A DNA stretch of 64,000 nucleotides from an uncultured Acidobacteriota bacterium (GTDB taxonomy: Bacteria > Acidobacteriota > Terriglobia > Terriglobales > Acidobacteriaceae): NCBI GenBank assembly GCA_963842345.1, contig CAWJGD010000027.1, positions 77,383 to 141,382 of the forward strand, written 5' to 3'. How positions within the stretch are numbered: the first letter of the stretch is position 1; each line of letters starts with the position of its first letter. The position numbers and the translations under genes were made by a program. The notes below the pieces were generated by a model. The model saw nothing but the letters and a program-made list of their open reading frames with translations. It was not told where the DNA came from and made no database searches. Positions 20,791-30,431 of the stretch are shown one piece after another.

Positions 20791-21678
20791 CTAGTGTTCC
20801 GATCCGGGGCCCCCGGCGACTGCCGTTTTTGCACTCGTAGGGGCGGGTGTGACGAAATGCCGGTCGATGCCCAACTGCTCGCCCGACAAGCCCAAAGCCA
20901 GCCCCACCACGTCGGACAGGTAATACACCGTCAGGTCGAGCTTTTTGCCGTACTTGCGTTCCACTGCCGCCTGCTTCATGTCGAGGTTGACGTGGCACAT
21001 GGGGCAGGCGACGACGACGCAGTTCGCGCCGTGCTCGACAGCGTTGGTAAGAATTTTGCAAGCGAGCTCCAACACCGTGTCTTCGCTCGCCATGGTCATG
21101 CCCGCGCCGCAACACTCGGTCTTGTAACTCCACTCCACCGTCTTGGCGCCGAGCGCCGCCAGCAGCGTTTCCATGGACTTGGGTTGTTCGAAGTCGTCGA
21201 ACTTGACGACGCCCGGCGGGCGAAGCAGCAGGCAGCCGTAGTAGCACGCCGCCGTTATGGATTCGAGCGGCTGCGTGACGGCTGTCTTGAGACGGTCTCC
21301 GCCGATGGTCTCGAACAACTGGATCAGGTTGAGGACCTCGGCGTCTCCGCGAAGCTCGGCTTCGACGATCTGCGACAGCTCCTGGCGCACGCTATCGTCG
21401 GCGACCGCCTGACGCACCTTCAGAAGCTGCATCGAACACAGCGGACAAGGCGCAAAAACTTCTTTAAATCCGTCGCGTTCGGCGAGGGCCAGATTCCTGG
21501 CGGGAAGCGCCAGAGCCAGCTTGTGGTTCAGCGAGTGCGCCGCCGTCGCCCCGCAACAGATCCAGTCCTTCACTTCCTGAAGGCTGACGCCAAGCGCGCC
21601 CAGGCAGGCTTTCAGCGACTGATCGTAGTCATTGGACGAGCCATGCAGCGCGCATCCGGGATAGTAGCCGATGTTCAT
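20791..21678 (-). CDS. hdrB: Heterodisulfide reductase subunit B-like (two CCG domains)
   Basis: The true start is ATG 21678 (MNIGYYPGCALHGS) inside ORF 20791..22074. CCG motifs are WICCGATAAH and ECCGAGMT, plus PCPLC and CPMCH. There is an ATGA overlap with hdrC. Confidence 0.9.
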   Translation of the reverse strand: MNIGYYPGCALHGSSNDYDQSLKACLGALGVSLQEVKDWICCGATAAHSLNHKLALALPARNLALAERDGFKEVFAPCPLCSMQLLKVRQAVADDSVRQELSQIVEAELRGDAEVLNLIQLFETIGGDRLKTAVTQPLESITAACYYGCLLLRPPGVVKFDDFEQPKSMETLLAALGAKTVEWSYKTECCGAGMTMASEDTVLELACKILTNAVEHGANCVVVACPMCHVNLDMKQAAVERKYGKKLDLTVYYLSDVVGLALGLSGEQLGIDRHFVTPAPTSAKTAVAGGPGSEH

Positions 21679-22331
21679 TTGGCGACAGCCTCCACGGGAG
21701 CCCCGGCGGGAGATGTCCGGGATCCCCGGCGATTGCCTTCTTTGCAATCGCTGGGGTGGAAGGATGGCGCGCAACGGGCGTAAATGCGGCCTACGACCGC
21801 GCAATCGCGCGCCCGGTCGGATGCCAGATGCAGCTTCTTGCGCGACATCAGTTGCGGAGCCAGTCCGGCGTCCTTGAAAAGGAAGGCAAGCTGCCGCGTG
21901 CGCGACAGGACAGCAAGTTTGAAGCGCGCGATCAGTTCCAACTCGTTCAAACGGCCGTTGCGCTTGATGTTGTCGAGAAATGCCTGCTGAAAGGCCACCA
22001 CGGTTTGCGCCTCCGGACTCACCTTGCCTTCCCGCAGCGAGAACTCGCGCAACGCGTCCAGCAGGGCGGCACAATCAACCTGCTTGGGACACCTCGTCGA
22101 GCAGGTCAGACACGATACGCAGGCCCAGATGGAAGGCGAAGTCAAGGCAAGATCGTCGCGACCGAGTTGCAGAAGCCGGATCAGTTGATTCGGCACCAGA
22201 TCCATACGCGAGGCGACCGGGCAGCCGGCCGTACACTTGCCACACTGGTAGCAGTTTGCGATCTTGCTGCCGGCGAGCGATTCAATGCGCGCGGAGTGCG
22301 TGATAGCGCCAGACGGTTCCATGGGAGTCAA
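21675..22331 (-). CDS. hdrC: Heterodisulfide reductase subunit C-like (4Fe-4S dicluster)
   Basis: ORF 21675..22331 has CYQCGKCTAGCP and CVSCLTCSTRCP. The start is either TTG 22331 or ATG 22322. Confidence 0.85.
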   Translation of the reverse strand: MTPMEPSGAITHSARIESLAGSKIANCYQCGKCTAGCPVASRMDLVPNQLIRLLQLGRDDLALTSPSIWACVSCLTCSTRCPKQVDCAALLDALREFSLREGKVSPEAQTVVAFQQAFLDNIKRNGRLNELELIARFKLAVLSRTRQLAFLFKDAGLAPQLMSRKKLHLASDRARDCAVVGRIYARCAPSFHPSDCKEGNRRGSRTSPAGAPVEAVAK

Positions 22332-22514
22332 TTATTACTTTATGTCGAATGCGGAGCTTCGCAGTGACGGGCGGCACGTCGTCGCGTATTGCAGGCCACA
22401 CGCGCTGAGGGTACGGATTGCCAAACCAACGATGGAAATGGCCTAGCGCTTATTCTGGTGGGGTTGTCCCGACACAAACTCGGACTGTCATGGCGAGCGA
22501 AGTCGAGCCGGGGT

Positions 22515-22548
22515 CCCCAACATGCGCTGCAGTTGCGCGTGTTCGGGG
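22515..22548. repeat. Repeat family D hairpin
   Basis: CCCCAACATGCGCTGCAGTTGCGCGTGTTCGGGG. Confidence 0.7.
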
Positions 22549-22605
22549 TGGATGAGCTACCTTTCGTTTCTGCTGCTGAAGAACAAAGGGTGGCTCCACT
22601 CCCTA

Positions 22606-22646
22606 CCCCAGCACGCGCAACTACGGCGCGTGCCGGGGACCCCGCG
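22606..22646. repeat. Repeat family D hairpin
   Basis: CCCCAGCACGCGCAACTACGGCGCGTGCCGGGGACCCCGCG is close to 37055..37094. Confidence 0.8.
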
Positions 22647-22872
22647 CGCCGGAATAGCCTCTTGCAGATCGAATGTAATGTCGGTTACGCAGCTTGGCTC
22701 GGGTGCCCAGGTTCCGCGCCGCGCTTTCGGCGCTAACCTGGGTAGTATCTTTCTGATTTTGTCGCGAATAAGCTGAGGATCAAACGCAGAGCACCTGGCT
22801 TGGCCAGATGCTCATCCGCTTGCCTGTTCTTAGCGTTTGTTCTCGCCTGTATGGCCGCGCCCATCCCGCACT

Positions 22873-23232
22873 TCATTCCCTTTGAAATGGGACATGTTCT
22901 GGGCATGCGTTGCGGGCTCGTGCTTTCTCGCCACGTTGTGGCGTCGCGCCTTTATAGCCGTGTTCAGGGTGATAATTGTTATTTACGTGGCCGCGGAAGT
23001 TATCGCGGCCATGAAACCACGGACCGGCACCGACGAAAACACCACCGGTAAACCATTCCGGACCGTAGTAGCCGGAGGGAGCGCAGCCATACGGAGAGGC
23101 GTCATAGTACCCGTAAGGACATTCAGGGGCGACTCCAATGTTAATGCTGACCCCAGCCTCTATTTTCGGAGTGGCTACCATAAAGCAAATTGCGGCAACG
23201 CTGGCTAGTGCAAAATATTTAAGTCTGTTCAT
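22873..23232 (-). CDS. Small secreted Gly/Tyr/Pro-rich protein
   Basis: ORF 22873..23232 has a signal peptide (MNRLKYFALASVAAICFMVA) followed by PECPYGYYDASPYGCAPSGYYGPEWF. Confidence 0.5.
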   Translation of the reverse strand: MNRLKYFALASVAAICFMVATPKIEAGVSINIGVAPECPYGYYDASPYGCAPSGYYGPEWFTGGVFVGAGPWFHGRDNFRGHVNNNYHPEHGYKGATPQRGEKARARNACPEHVPFQRE

Positions 23233-23564
23233 TAGTTCTCCTCGTCATCGTGAATGCGGTCATCCACTGCCCCTACGAGGATCGTCTAGTCACGACACCA
23301 TGTCTGTATTGTTTTGCTCACAAGTGCAAAACCCTTTAAGAAACCTTTCCAAACAGGGACCCGACGTCTGCGGTCAACCCATCGCCAGGGCCTCACGGAA
23401 CGTGACCCGTAAGGCCCCGACCATCAACCCCTGCCCCACCCGCGCGTGCCGCCATCCCCTCCCAGAAGCGCGAGGAGCACCAGCGAAGTACTGGCTATTA
23501 AAGGGGTGACCGATTAAGGCTAAATCCGCTGCATAACTCATTTCGGACCGGAACCAACGACAAT

Positions 23565-23703
23565 CCTCAGCGGCTAAAGCCGGAGAATATGCGGCTAGGA
23601 AACGGCGCGGCTAACATGAACTCTTTTGAGACCGGAGTGATGTCTAACCCGAGGCATTAAGCCCGTAGCGAAGAGCTGTCATGTAAGCCGCGCCACTTCA
23701 AAA
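23565..23703. repeat. Family C copy with a ~72-nt insertion in the second hairpin loop
   Basis: CCTCAGCGGCTAAAGCCGG...AACGGCGCGGCT[23613..23684]AAGCCGCGCCACTTCAAAA. Confidence 0.7.
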
Positions 23704-23722
23704 CCGAGTTGTGAAACGGCTT

Positions 23723-25901
23723 CTAGGCTTTAGAGGTGAAAGGTTTTTTCTTCAGCAACACGTTCTGGGAGCTGATTGCTTCTTCACCTGCGCCGGGTTG
23801 CAGCCGGACGTAGGTGCCATCCGGCTTCATCTCGCGCGCCTTGACGTTATCGGCGAGGTAGGTGCCGAGCACGTTGTCGTGGAGATGGCGAATCATTTTC
23901 CGGTCTTCGATCGGGAACAACAATTCAACCCGCCGGTTGAGATTCCGCGGCATCAGGTCCGAACTGCCGAGGTAGATGCACTCTTCGCCATTGTTGCGGA
24001 AATAATAGATGCGGCTGTGTTCCAGGAAGCGTCCAACAATGCTGATGACGCGGATATTATCGCTGACCCCGGGTATTCCCGGACGCAGACAGCAGATGCC
24101 GCGCACCAGCAGATCGATTTTCACCCCCGCCTGAGAGGCCTGGTACAACAGCCGGATCATCTTCTTATCGACCAGCGAGTTCATCTTGAGGATCATCCTG
24201 CCGTTGCCGTGGTTGCGCTGGTGTTCGATTTCGCGTTCGATCAACTGCGCGAATTTCTTCCGCAGGTTCGTCGGCGCAACCAGCAACTTGCGGTAATCGG
24301 TCTTGGCGGAATAGCCGGTCAGGTAATTGAAAAGGTCGGTGACGTCGGCAGCCAGATCCTCGTCGGTAGTAAGCAGGCCGAGGTCTGTGTAAAGGTGCGC
24401 GGTAACGGCATTGTAGTTACCGGTTGCCAGGTGAACGTATCGCCGGATGCTGTTGCCCTCGCGGCGGACAATCAGCATCGCCTTGCAATGGACCTTGAGG
24501 CCGACAAGTCCGTAGACGACGTGAGCGCCCTGTTGCTCCAAAGCCCGGGCCCAGCCAATATTGCTCTCCTCATCGAAACGCGCCTTGAGTTCGACTACGG
24601 CAGCCACCTGCTTGGGATCTTCCATGGCCTCAAGCAGCGCCTGCACCGCGGGAGAGTTCCTGCCCACGCGGTACAAGGTCATCTTGATGGCCAGCACCGC
24701 CGGGATCGCCAGCCGCAAGCTGCAACATGTCGACGATCGGTTGAAAGGAATCAAATGGCTGGTGCAGCAGGATGTCACGTTGGCGGATGACGGAGAAAAT
24801 GTCGTCATCCTCGTTTTCAGGCTTCAAATCCGCCGGCACGTTGGGAACAAAGGGATGCCACTTGAGGTCGGGCCGATTCAGCGCGACCAGGTGTTTCAGG
24901 CGGCCGAAGGAAAGCGGACCGTTCTGCTTGTAGATGCACTCCGGCTCGATTTCCAGGTTGGTTACCAGTATCTTGAGCATGCTGGAAGACATGCCGGTGT
25001 TCACCTGTAATCGGACCACGGCTCCAAAGCGGCGCTGGCGGACACCCTCTTCCATCACCTCCAGCAAATCTCCGGCGTCCAACTCGTCCTTGGTCGCCAA
25101 ATCGGCGTTGCGGGTAATGTGAAACGGACTGGCTTCGACGATTTGCATGCCGGGAAACAGTTTGCCGAGATTCGCCGCGATCAGGTCTTCCAGCCATAAA
25201 AACGATTGTTCGTTGCTCGCCTTGCCGCCGTTCTTGCGCCGTGGCGCACGGTCGATGGGGACCAGTTGCGGCAGCGTATCGGGCACTTTGACGCGCGCAA
25301 AACACTCCTCGCCGTGGTTGTCACGGATCAGGACGGCGAGGTTCAAACTCAAATTCGAAATGTGAGGGAAGGGATGACCCGGATCAAAGGCCAGAGGAGT
25401 CAGCACCGGAAGAACCGTGTCATCGAAATAGCTATCCGCCTTGGCCTGCTGCCGCGGGGTGAGCTGAGCGTATTCCAGCAGGTGAATGCCGCTGGCCTCC
25501 AGAGCCGGCAGCAATTTCCTGCGGAAGCAGCGCTGCGCGGCGACGAGCAGCGAGGCGACGCCCTTGCGGATCGCTTCCAGCTGCTCGATGGAACTCATGC
25601 CGTCCGGTCCTTCGTCGGAGATCCCCGAGTCAACCTCGCGCATAAGGCCGGAGACCCGCACCATGAAGAACTCGTCCAGATTGGAGCCGACGATGGAAAG
25701 GAAAAAGATGCGCTCCAGCAGCGGGTTGGAGGCGTCCTGCGCCTCTTCCAAAACTCGCCATTGGAAGGCCAGCAGGCTCAGTTCGCGATTGACGTAGTAG
25801 GACGGATCGTCAAGATCAATCAGCGCAGCCCTCTTCTCGACTGGCTTTGAATCGTGATGCTTCGTCGTTTGTCACAGGCGTCAACTGAGTGTTGGTTGTC
25901 A
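23723..25901 (-). CDS. ppk: Polyphosphate kinase 1; frameshift near 24700 and probably another near 25860 (5' end uncertain)
   Basis: ORFs 24630..25751 and 23723..24808 join at ...[25 protein letters not shown]1 hallmarks are [37 protein letters not shown], the HxK-like [10 protein letters not shown], and [15 protein letters not shown]. The best ATG (25901) is in another frame. Confidence 0.9.
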
Positions 25902-26446
25902 TACGAGGAGCCATTCAGACCGTAGCGTCAGAACCACAAGCACGGCACTAACTCGAGCAGTTTCAGAACAGGTGTACCCGGAGCCGGGCTGCATGGGAGT
26001 TACCTTTCGCGAAACTGGCCTGGAAACAACGTCCACAGACAGGCAGTCCATCATACCGCGAGGCACGCAACCCTGTAAGTGGCTGTGTTGGGGTCGGCGG
26101 AAATTGCCGACGTTTTTAACGTTCCTTTAACAATACCGCTTCAACGTTCCTGACAGAAATCATCTAAGTAGTTGTAATTGTGTCGCTTATCTGCTCCGGA
26201 AAGTGTTTCGCGAGGAGGTGAGGTAGAGAGCGGGTGAGGTCGGCCTGATTACTCATAAGTAATTCTCGCTCCTCGAGATTTAGTTTTGCGGACAGGCACG
26301 AAGGTTGAAGTGGCATGAAATTACGGTGAATTTCACGGTGTTTGACAATTAACTCTATCGTAATGAAAGTCCAGTAGTAAGTAGACTGGCTGGGCGCAAT
26401 TTGGCGCGAGCGAAGGAATTCCAGCACGGCGCGAGCTGAGGCAACA

Positions 26447-26490
26447 ACCCCACATTAGCTCCGCCCGTGGCTCCGCAAATGTGGGCCACC
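26447..26490. repeat. Repeat family B hairpin (CCCCACATTAGC...GCAAATGTGGGCCACC)
   Basis: Differs at about 4 positions from 30325..30367. The stem is CCCACATT / AATGTGGG. Confidence 0.85.
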
Positions 26491-26542
26491 ATTTTTTGAT
26501 GCGAGCTATTTCGGGGACGCCGTACCAGGAGAAAGTTGCCAT

Positions 26543-27875
26543 GTGGTGCATGCATTGAGCTTCCCATCCGATTTTCTTTGGGGCGTGTCGACCTCGGCAC
26601 ACCAGTTTGAAGGTGGGAACCTGCACAATCAGTGGGCCGCGTGGGAGCGCCGTGGCGGAATTCGCTCCGGGCACGCCTGCGCCGCCGCATGCAACTGGTG
26701 GCAAGAGGCGGAAGCGGATCTGGATCTGTGTCGCGAATTAGGCTTGAACGCCATCCGCATCTCGGTCGACTGGGGACGGGTGGAACCGGCTGAAGGCCAG
26801 TGGAACCGAAGCGCCATGGCGCGTTATCGCGCGATGCTGTGCGCGGCGGTGCAGCGCGGTATGCGGCCGTTCGTGACGTTGCATCACTTTACCCATCCGC
26901 AATGGTTGGAAGAGTCGGGCGGGTTCACCGCCATGAGCGCCGCCGCGAAGTTCGCGCTTTTTGCCGAACGAATGGCCGGCGAACTGGGCGAGTTCTGCCG
27001 CGACTGGCTGACCTTCAACGAACCGAATGTCTATGCCAGTTTCGGTTATGTATTCGGCGAATTTCCGCCCGGTTTGCGCTTTCGCATGTATGACTATGCG
27101 CTGGTGATGGCCACCATGCATCGGGCGCATGCGCTGGCCTATGAGCGCATCCACCGCGTGCAACCGGAGGCCGCTGTCGGCATCGCCACCAACTGGGTCG
27201 AGTTCCAGGCGGCAAGCAATTCCGCCCTCAGACCGGTTGATGGCTTACGCCTACGACACGGTTTTCAATCGCTCTACGTTGCAATTGTTCACCTGCGGCA
27301 ATTTGCAGTTTCCCTTCGGAGCGCTCGCGCCGGAGGTTCCCGAAGTGATGCAGAAGATCGATTTCATTGGGCTGAATGTCTACAACCGTCTGCACGTGCG
27401 AGCGCCCTGGAACGAGGCTTCGCGTCGCAGCGGCGGACTGTTCGTGCCCGACGACGCGCCGCAGGGCGATCACGGAGTCGAATTGCCTTATGGCGAAGCC
27501 TATCCGGACGCGATCGTGGCGGCCGCAACCGAATATGCGCGCCTCGGCGTTCCGCTCTATATCACGGAAAACGGAGTGCCGGACCGCGCCGACCGCATCC
27601 GCCCGTGGGTGATCGTGCAAAGCTTGCGGCGCATCGAGGATCTGGTTACGCGCGGAGTCGACGTGCGTGGATACTTTCACTGGAGCCTGGTGGACAATTT
27701 CGAATGGAGCGAGGGCTGGACGCTGCGCTTCGGGCTCTATGAGATGGACCCAGTGACGCAGTCCAGAAGACCGAGAGCGAGCGCCGGTTTATATCGCGAC
27801 ATCATCGCGCGGAACGGATTGAGTTACGAGCAGCTCAGCAGGTTCTCTGAACCGCCCGCCCCATGCAGCGGCTAA
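26543..27875 (+). CDS. Glycoside hydrolase family 1 (beta-glucosidase-like); +1 frameshift near 27227
   Basis: ORFs 26543..27742 and 27129..27875 join. Motifs are FLWGVSTSAHQFEG, the acid/base TFNEP, the nucleophile YITENG, and WSLVDNFEW. Confidence 0.9.
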
Positions 27876-28615
27876 TTTGGTCGTATGCCGCTGTCAACCT
27901 CGGTCCAATAGTTCTGATCGCGAAGGAAATAAGTGCGATCGAACGTGTGTAGCGCGGTGTTCAGGAACATGCGCGCTATTTTCAGACGCCCCATCTTCTG
28001 GAAGCGCCGATTGGAAGTCAGTACGTGGCCTCTGAGGATGCCGAAGCGGCGCGGACTCACCTGCTTGCTCAGCAGGTAATCTTCGGCGTAGAGCGCGCGC
28101 TCGTCGAAGCCGCCAAGCTCGTTGAACCTGGTCCGGTCAAACAACATGAACATGCCGGTGGCGAACGGTTTCGCCCATGACGCGAGCCGTTGCGCCAGGT
28201 TGCTGCCGGCAAACAGCAGATGGTCGGGAACCGCTCCCTCGGTGCAGCGAATGTTGGTCGTCAGGCAGTGCAGCTTCCGCCGCTTCATGGCGTCCATCGC
28301 ACGGCGCAGCAAGGTGTCGTCGTTGAATTCGATATCGGCGTCGATGAACAGCACATACGGCGTGGTGGCGAGGCGCGCGCCGCGGTTGCGTCCAACGGCC
28401 GGAAGTCCACCGGCGATCACCGAAATTCTCAAGCGATCGGCGAACATGGCGGCCAGCCCCACGGTGTCGTCGGTCGAGCCCGCATCAGCAACGTAGACTC
28501 TCGTATGCGGCAAAAGCGGGTAGTCCTGCCTGCTCAAAGAGATCAGCAGCCGTGGGAGGGTGCGGGCCTCGTTTTTCGCGGGGATCACGATGGTCAGTTC
28601 GGGCTGTGTAAGCAT
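27872..28615 (-). CDS. Family 2 glycosyltransferase
   Basis: The internal ATG 28615 (MLTQPELTIVIPAKNEA) lies in ORF 27872..28744. It has DAGSTDDT and a FIDADI (DxD) motif. Confidence 0.8.
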   Translation of the reverse strand: MLTQPELTIVIPAKNEARTLPRLLISLSRQDYPLLPHTRVYVADAGSTDDTVGLAAMFADRLRISVIAGGLPAVGRNRGARLATTPYVLFIDADIEFNDDTLLRRAMDAMKRRKLHCLTTNIRCTEGAVPDHLLFAGSNLAQRLASWAKPFATGMFMLFDRTRFNELGGFDERALYAEDYLLSKQVSPRRFGILRGHVLTSNRRFQKMGRLKIARMFLNTALHTFDRTYFLRDQNYWTEVDSGIRPN

Positions 28616-29315
28616 GGATGGAGACTCCTTCCTCGTCGATGGTGATGTACGTAGGCTGCTCGTCGACCCAGGACCCTGCGTTGTAGTAAGCGACCCCTTG
28701 CTGCTCGGTGTGCAAGGCGACGTGGGTGTGTCCGCAGAAGACACGGTCTACGCGGCCTTGGCGCGCGTAGGCGATGGCTCCGGCGGCGACCTTGGAAGAG
28801 AGCCGCAACCAGCGGGTGTTCATGCGGTCGAGAAAGCGCGAAAACGCTTTGTTGCGGCGGTCGAGCTTCTGGATTTCGTGAAACAGAAACTCGCCGAAGC
28901 GGCTGAGAAGCAGATTGCGGCTGACGAAGCGATCGAACTGGTGTCCGTGGATGGCAAGATGCCGCTTGTCCGCGTAGTGCCAGACATAACGCTGGTAGAC
29001 AGGCACTCCGACCAGGTGCGACATGATGTTGGCCAGGCCCTGATCGTGGTTTCCTTCAACCCAAACCACTTCCACCTTACGTTTTGGATTGGAGAGCTTG
29101 CGAATGCAGGAGAGAAACTTCCAATGTTCGCCGGTAAGACGGCGGAAATTGAGGTCGGAAAAAATATCTCCCAGCAAAATCAGCCTTGCATAGCGCAATG
29201 ATTGCAGCAGCTCGAGTGCTTCACGGGCCCGGCTCAGTTCAGATCCCAAGTGCAGGTCGGAAATAATCAGCGTGTCAAGAGTCGCATCCGACATGCTTAT
29301 TACGATGCTCCGCAT
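28485..29315 (-). CDS. Calcineurin-like metallophosphoesterase, LpxH-like (UDP-2,3-diacylglucosamine diphosphatase family)
   Basis: ORF 28485..29315 has ISDLHLG, LLGDIFD-like LLGDIFS, GNHD and GHTH motifs. The 3' end overlaps the GT2 start by ~130 nt, so the true stop is uncertain. Confidence 0.8.
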   Translation of the reverse strand: MRSIVISMSDATLDTLIISDLHLGSELSRAREALELLQSLRYARLILLGDIFSDLNFRRLTGEHWKFLSCIRKLSNPKRKVEVVWVEGNHDQGLANIMSHLVGVPVYQRYVWHYADKRHLAIHGHQFDRFVSRNLLLSRFGEFLFHEIQKLDRRNKAFSRFLDRMNTRWLRLSSKVAAGAIAYARQGRVDRVFCGHTHVALHTEQQGVAYYNAGSWVDEQPTYITIDEEGVSIHAYTARTDHRDPREKRGPHPPTAADLFEQAGLPAFAAYESLRC

Positions 29316-29525
29316 TGTTAAAGACTTGATAAACGAGAGATGAAAACACGGAGAATACCGGGGGATGAAAAGTGGGTGGAACCACGATGGTTATTGGGGT
29401 TTTCGATTCCGCAAGGGGTTTAACATTGCGTTAACCTTATTTTCATGTCGTTCTAACATACGAAGGTTACAGTAAGCATTATTGAGGAGCGATCAAGTCC
29501 CGAACCTGGGAAGCTCCTCTGCCGG

Positions 29526-30071
29526 TTGGAACGGAACCCCGGAGGCTCCTGGCGCACGCCGCCTCGAGACATAGGATATAGGCCCTTGGCTACGAACCTG
29601 ATTTCTTACGAATGGAATTCCCCCGCAACCCCCGCAAAGGTCGCGGCCGTCTGCTACCGCGTGAATCGTGAAAGCGAGATCGAATTTCTGCTGGTGCGGA
29701 CTGCCAGCGGCCGCTGGACCTTTCCCAAAGGCGGAGTCGACGGCGATGCCAGCGCCGCAGCCGCCGCTGCCCGCGAGGCTTTCGAAGAGGCCGGCGTATG
29801 CGGTCGGATCGAGCCATCGTCGTTCGCGCGATACCTGCATCAGAAGCGCAATCCATTTCGGCGCGCCCGCGCACAGGAAATGGCCATCGAGGCCTATCTT
29901 TGCCGGGTGTTGCAATTGGTGGCTCCGCTGGAGATCGATCGCGACCCGACCTGGTTTTCGGCGAGCCGGGCCAAGCGCCGGTTGCGCGAGTCCAGAGCGG
30001 CAAAGTACGGAGCCGAACTGGAGCGCGTGGTCGATTGCGCGGTCGAGCGAATCGCAAAAAGGCTGCACTGA
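29526..30071 (+). CDS. NUDIX hydrolase
   Basis: ORF 29526..30071 has the Nudix box GGVDGDASAAAAAAREAFEEAGV. The start codon (TTG) is uncertain. Confidence 0.8.
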   Translation: MERNPGGSWRTPPRDIGYRPLATNLISYEWNSPATPAKVAAVCYRVNRESEIEFLLVRTASGRWTFPKGGVDGDASAAAAAAREAFEEAGVCGRIEPSSFARYLHQKRNPFRRARAQEMAIEAYLCRVLQLVAPLEIDRDPTWFSASRAKRRLRESRAAKYGAELERVVDCAVERIAKRLH

Positions 30072-30074
30072 GGG

Positions 30075-30232
30075 TCTGCTGCAAAACTGTTCTCCGAGGG
30101 TGTCATCCTGAGAGTTTGTGACTTTATTGAATTCGCAAAAATCCGATGTTGCAAGCAAAGACGTTACGGGCGAAAAAATGCCTGAAAATCAATAAAGTCA
30201 CAAACTCTGAGCGCAGCGAAGGATCTGCTGTT
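30075..30232. repeat. Repeat family A copy carrying a nested 94-bp MITE
   Basis: CTGCTGCAAAACTGTTCTCCGAGGGTGTCATCCTGAG ... CGCAGCGAAGGATCTGCTG matches the left arm of 36908..37142, interrupted at CTGAG. Confidence 0.85.
30113..30206. mobile_element. 94-bp MITE with perfect 18-bp terminal inverted repeats and a 5-bp target duplication
   Basis: The TIR AGTTTGTGACTTTATTGA (30113..30130) is the reverse complement of 30189..30206. It is flanked by direct CTGAG at 30108..30112 and 30207..30211. Removing it restores the family A consensus GTCATCCTGAGCGCAGCGAAGGATC. Confidence 0.8.
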
Positions 30233-30324
30233 TGAATCATCGTTACGTGGCGAACTTCGGATTCAGGACACTAGAGCCGGATAATACGCTCAAGCGGCAC
30301 CAATAATTTCAACCGACAACCCGA

Positions 30325-30367
30325 CCCCACATTAGCTACGCCTGCGGCTCCGCAAATGTGGGCCACC
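30325..30367. repeat. Repeat family B hairpin
   Basis: CCCCACATTAGCTACGCCTGCGGCTCCGCAAATGTGGGCCACC. Confidence 0.85.
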
Positions 30368-30431
30368 AGCCCACTACCCATCCCTGCCATCCAATTGCAG
30401 CCGTGCGGATGCTGGCCTACAATCCTCGTCT

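Noticed and set aside
18784-22331. Sulfur-oxidising sHdr (hdrC1B1A-hyp-hdrC2B2) system.
   Set aside because: Only one hdrB and one hdrC are present, and there are no lipoate-binding protein, lipoate ligase or duplicated hdrC2B2 genes in the neighbourhood.
22389-22776. ORFs 22389..22736 and 22522..22776, and similar ORFs at 9676..10032, 29668..30111, 36633..36944, 37888..38964 and 51940..52143.
   Set aside because: They are translations of the palindromic repeat families (peptides like PQHAQLRRVPGTPR, SPRVSS, CHPEQSEGS) or antisense to the GntR gene. They are not genes.
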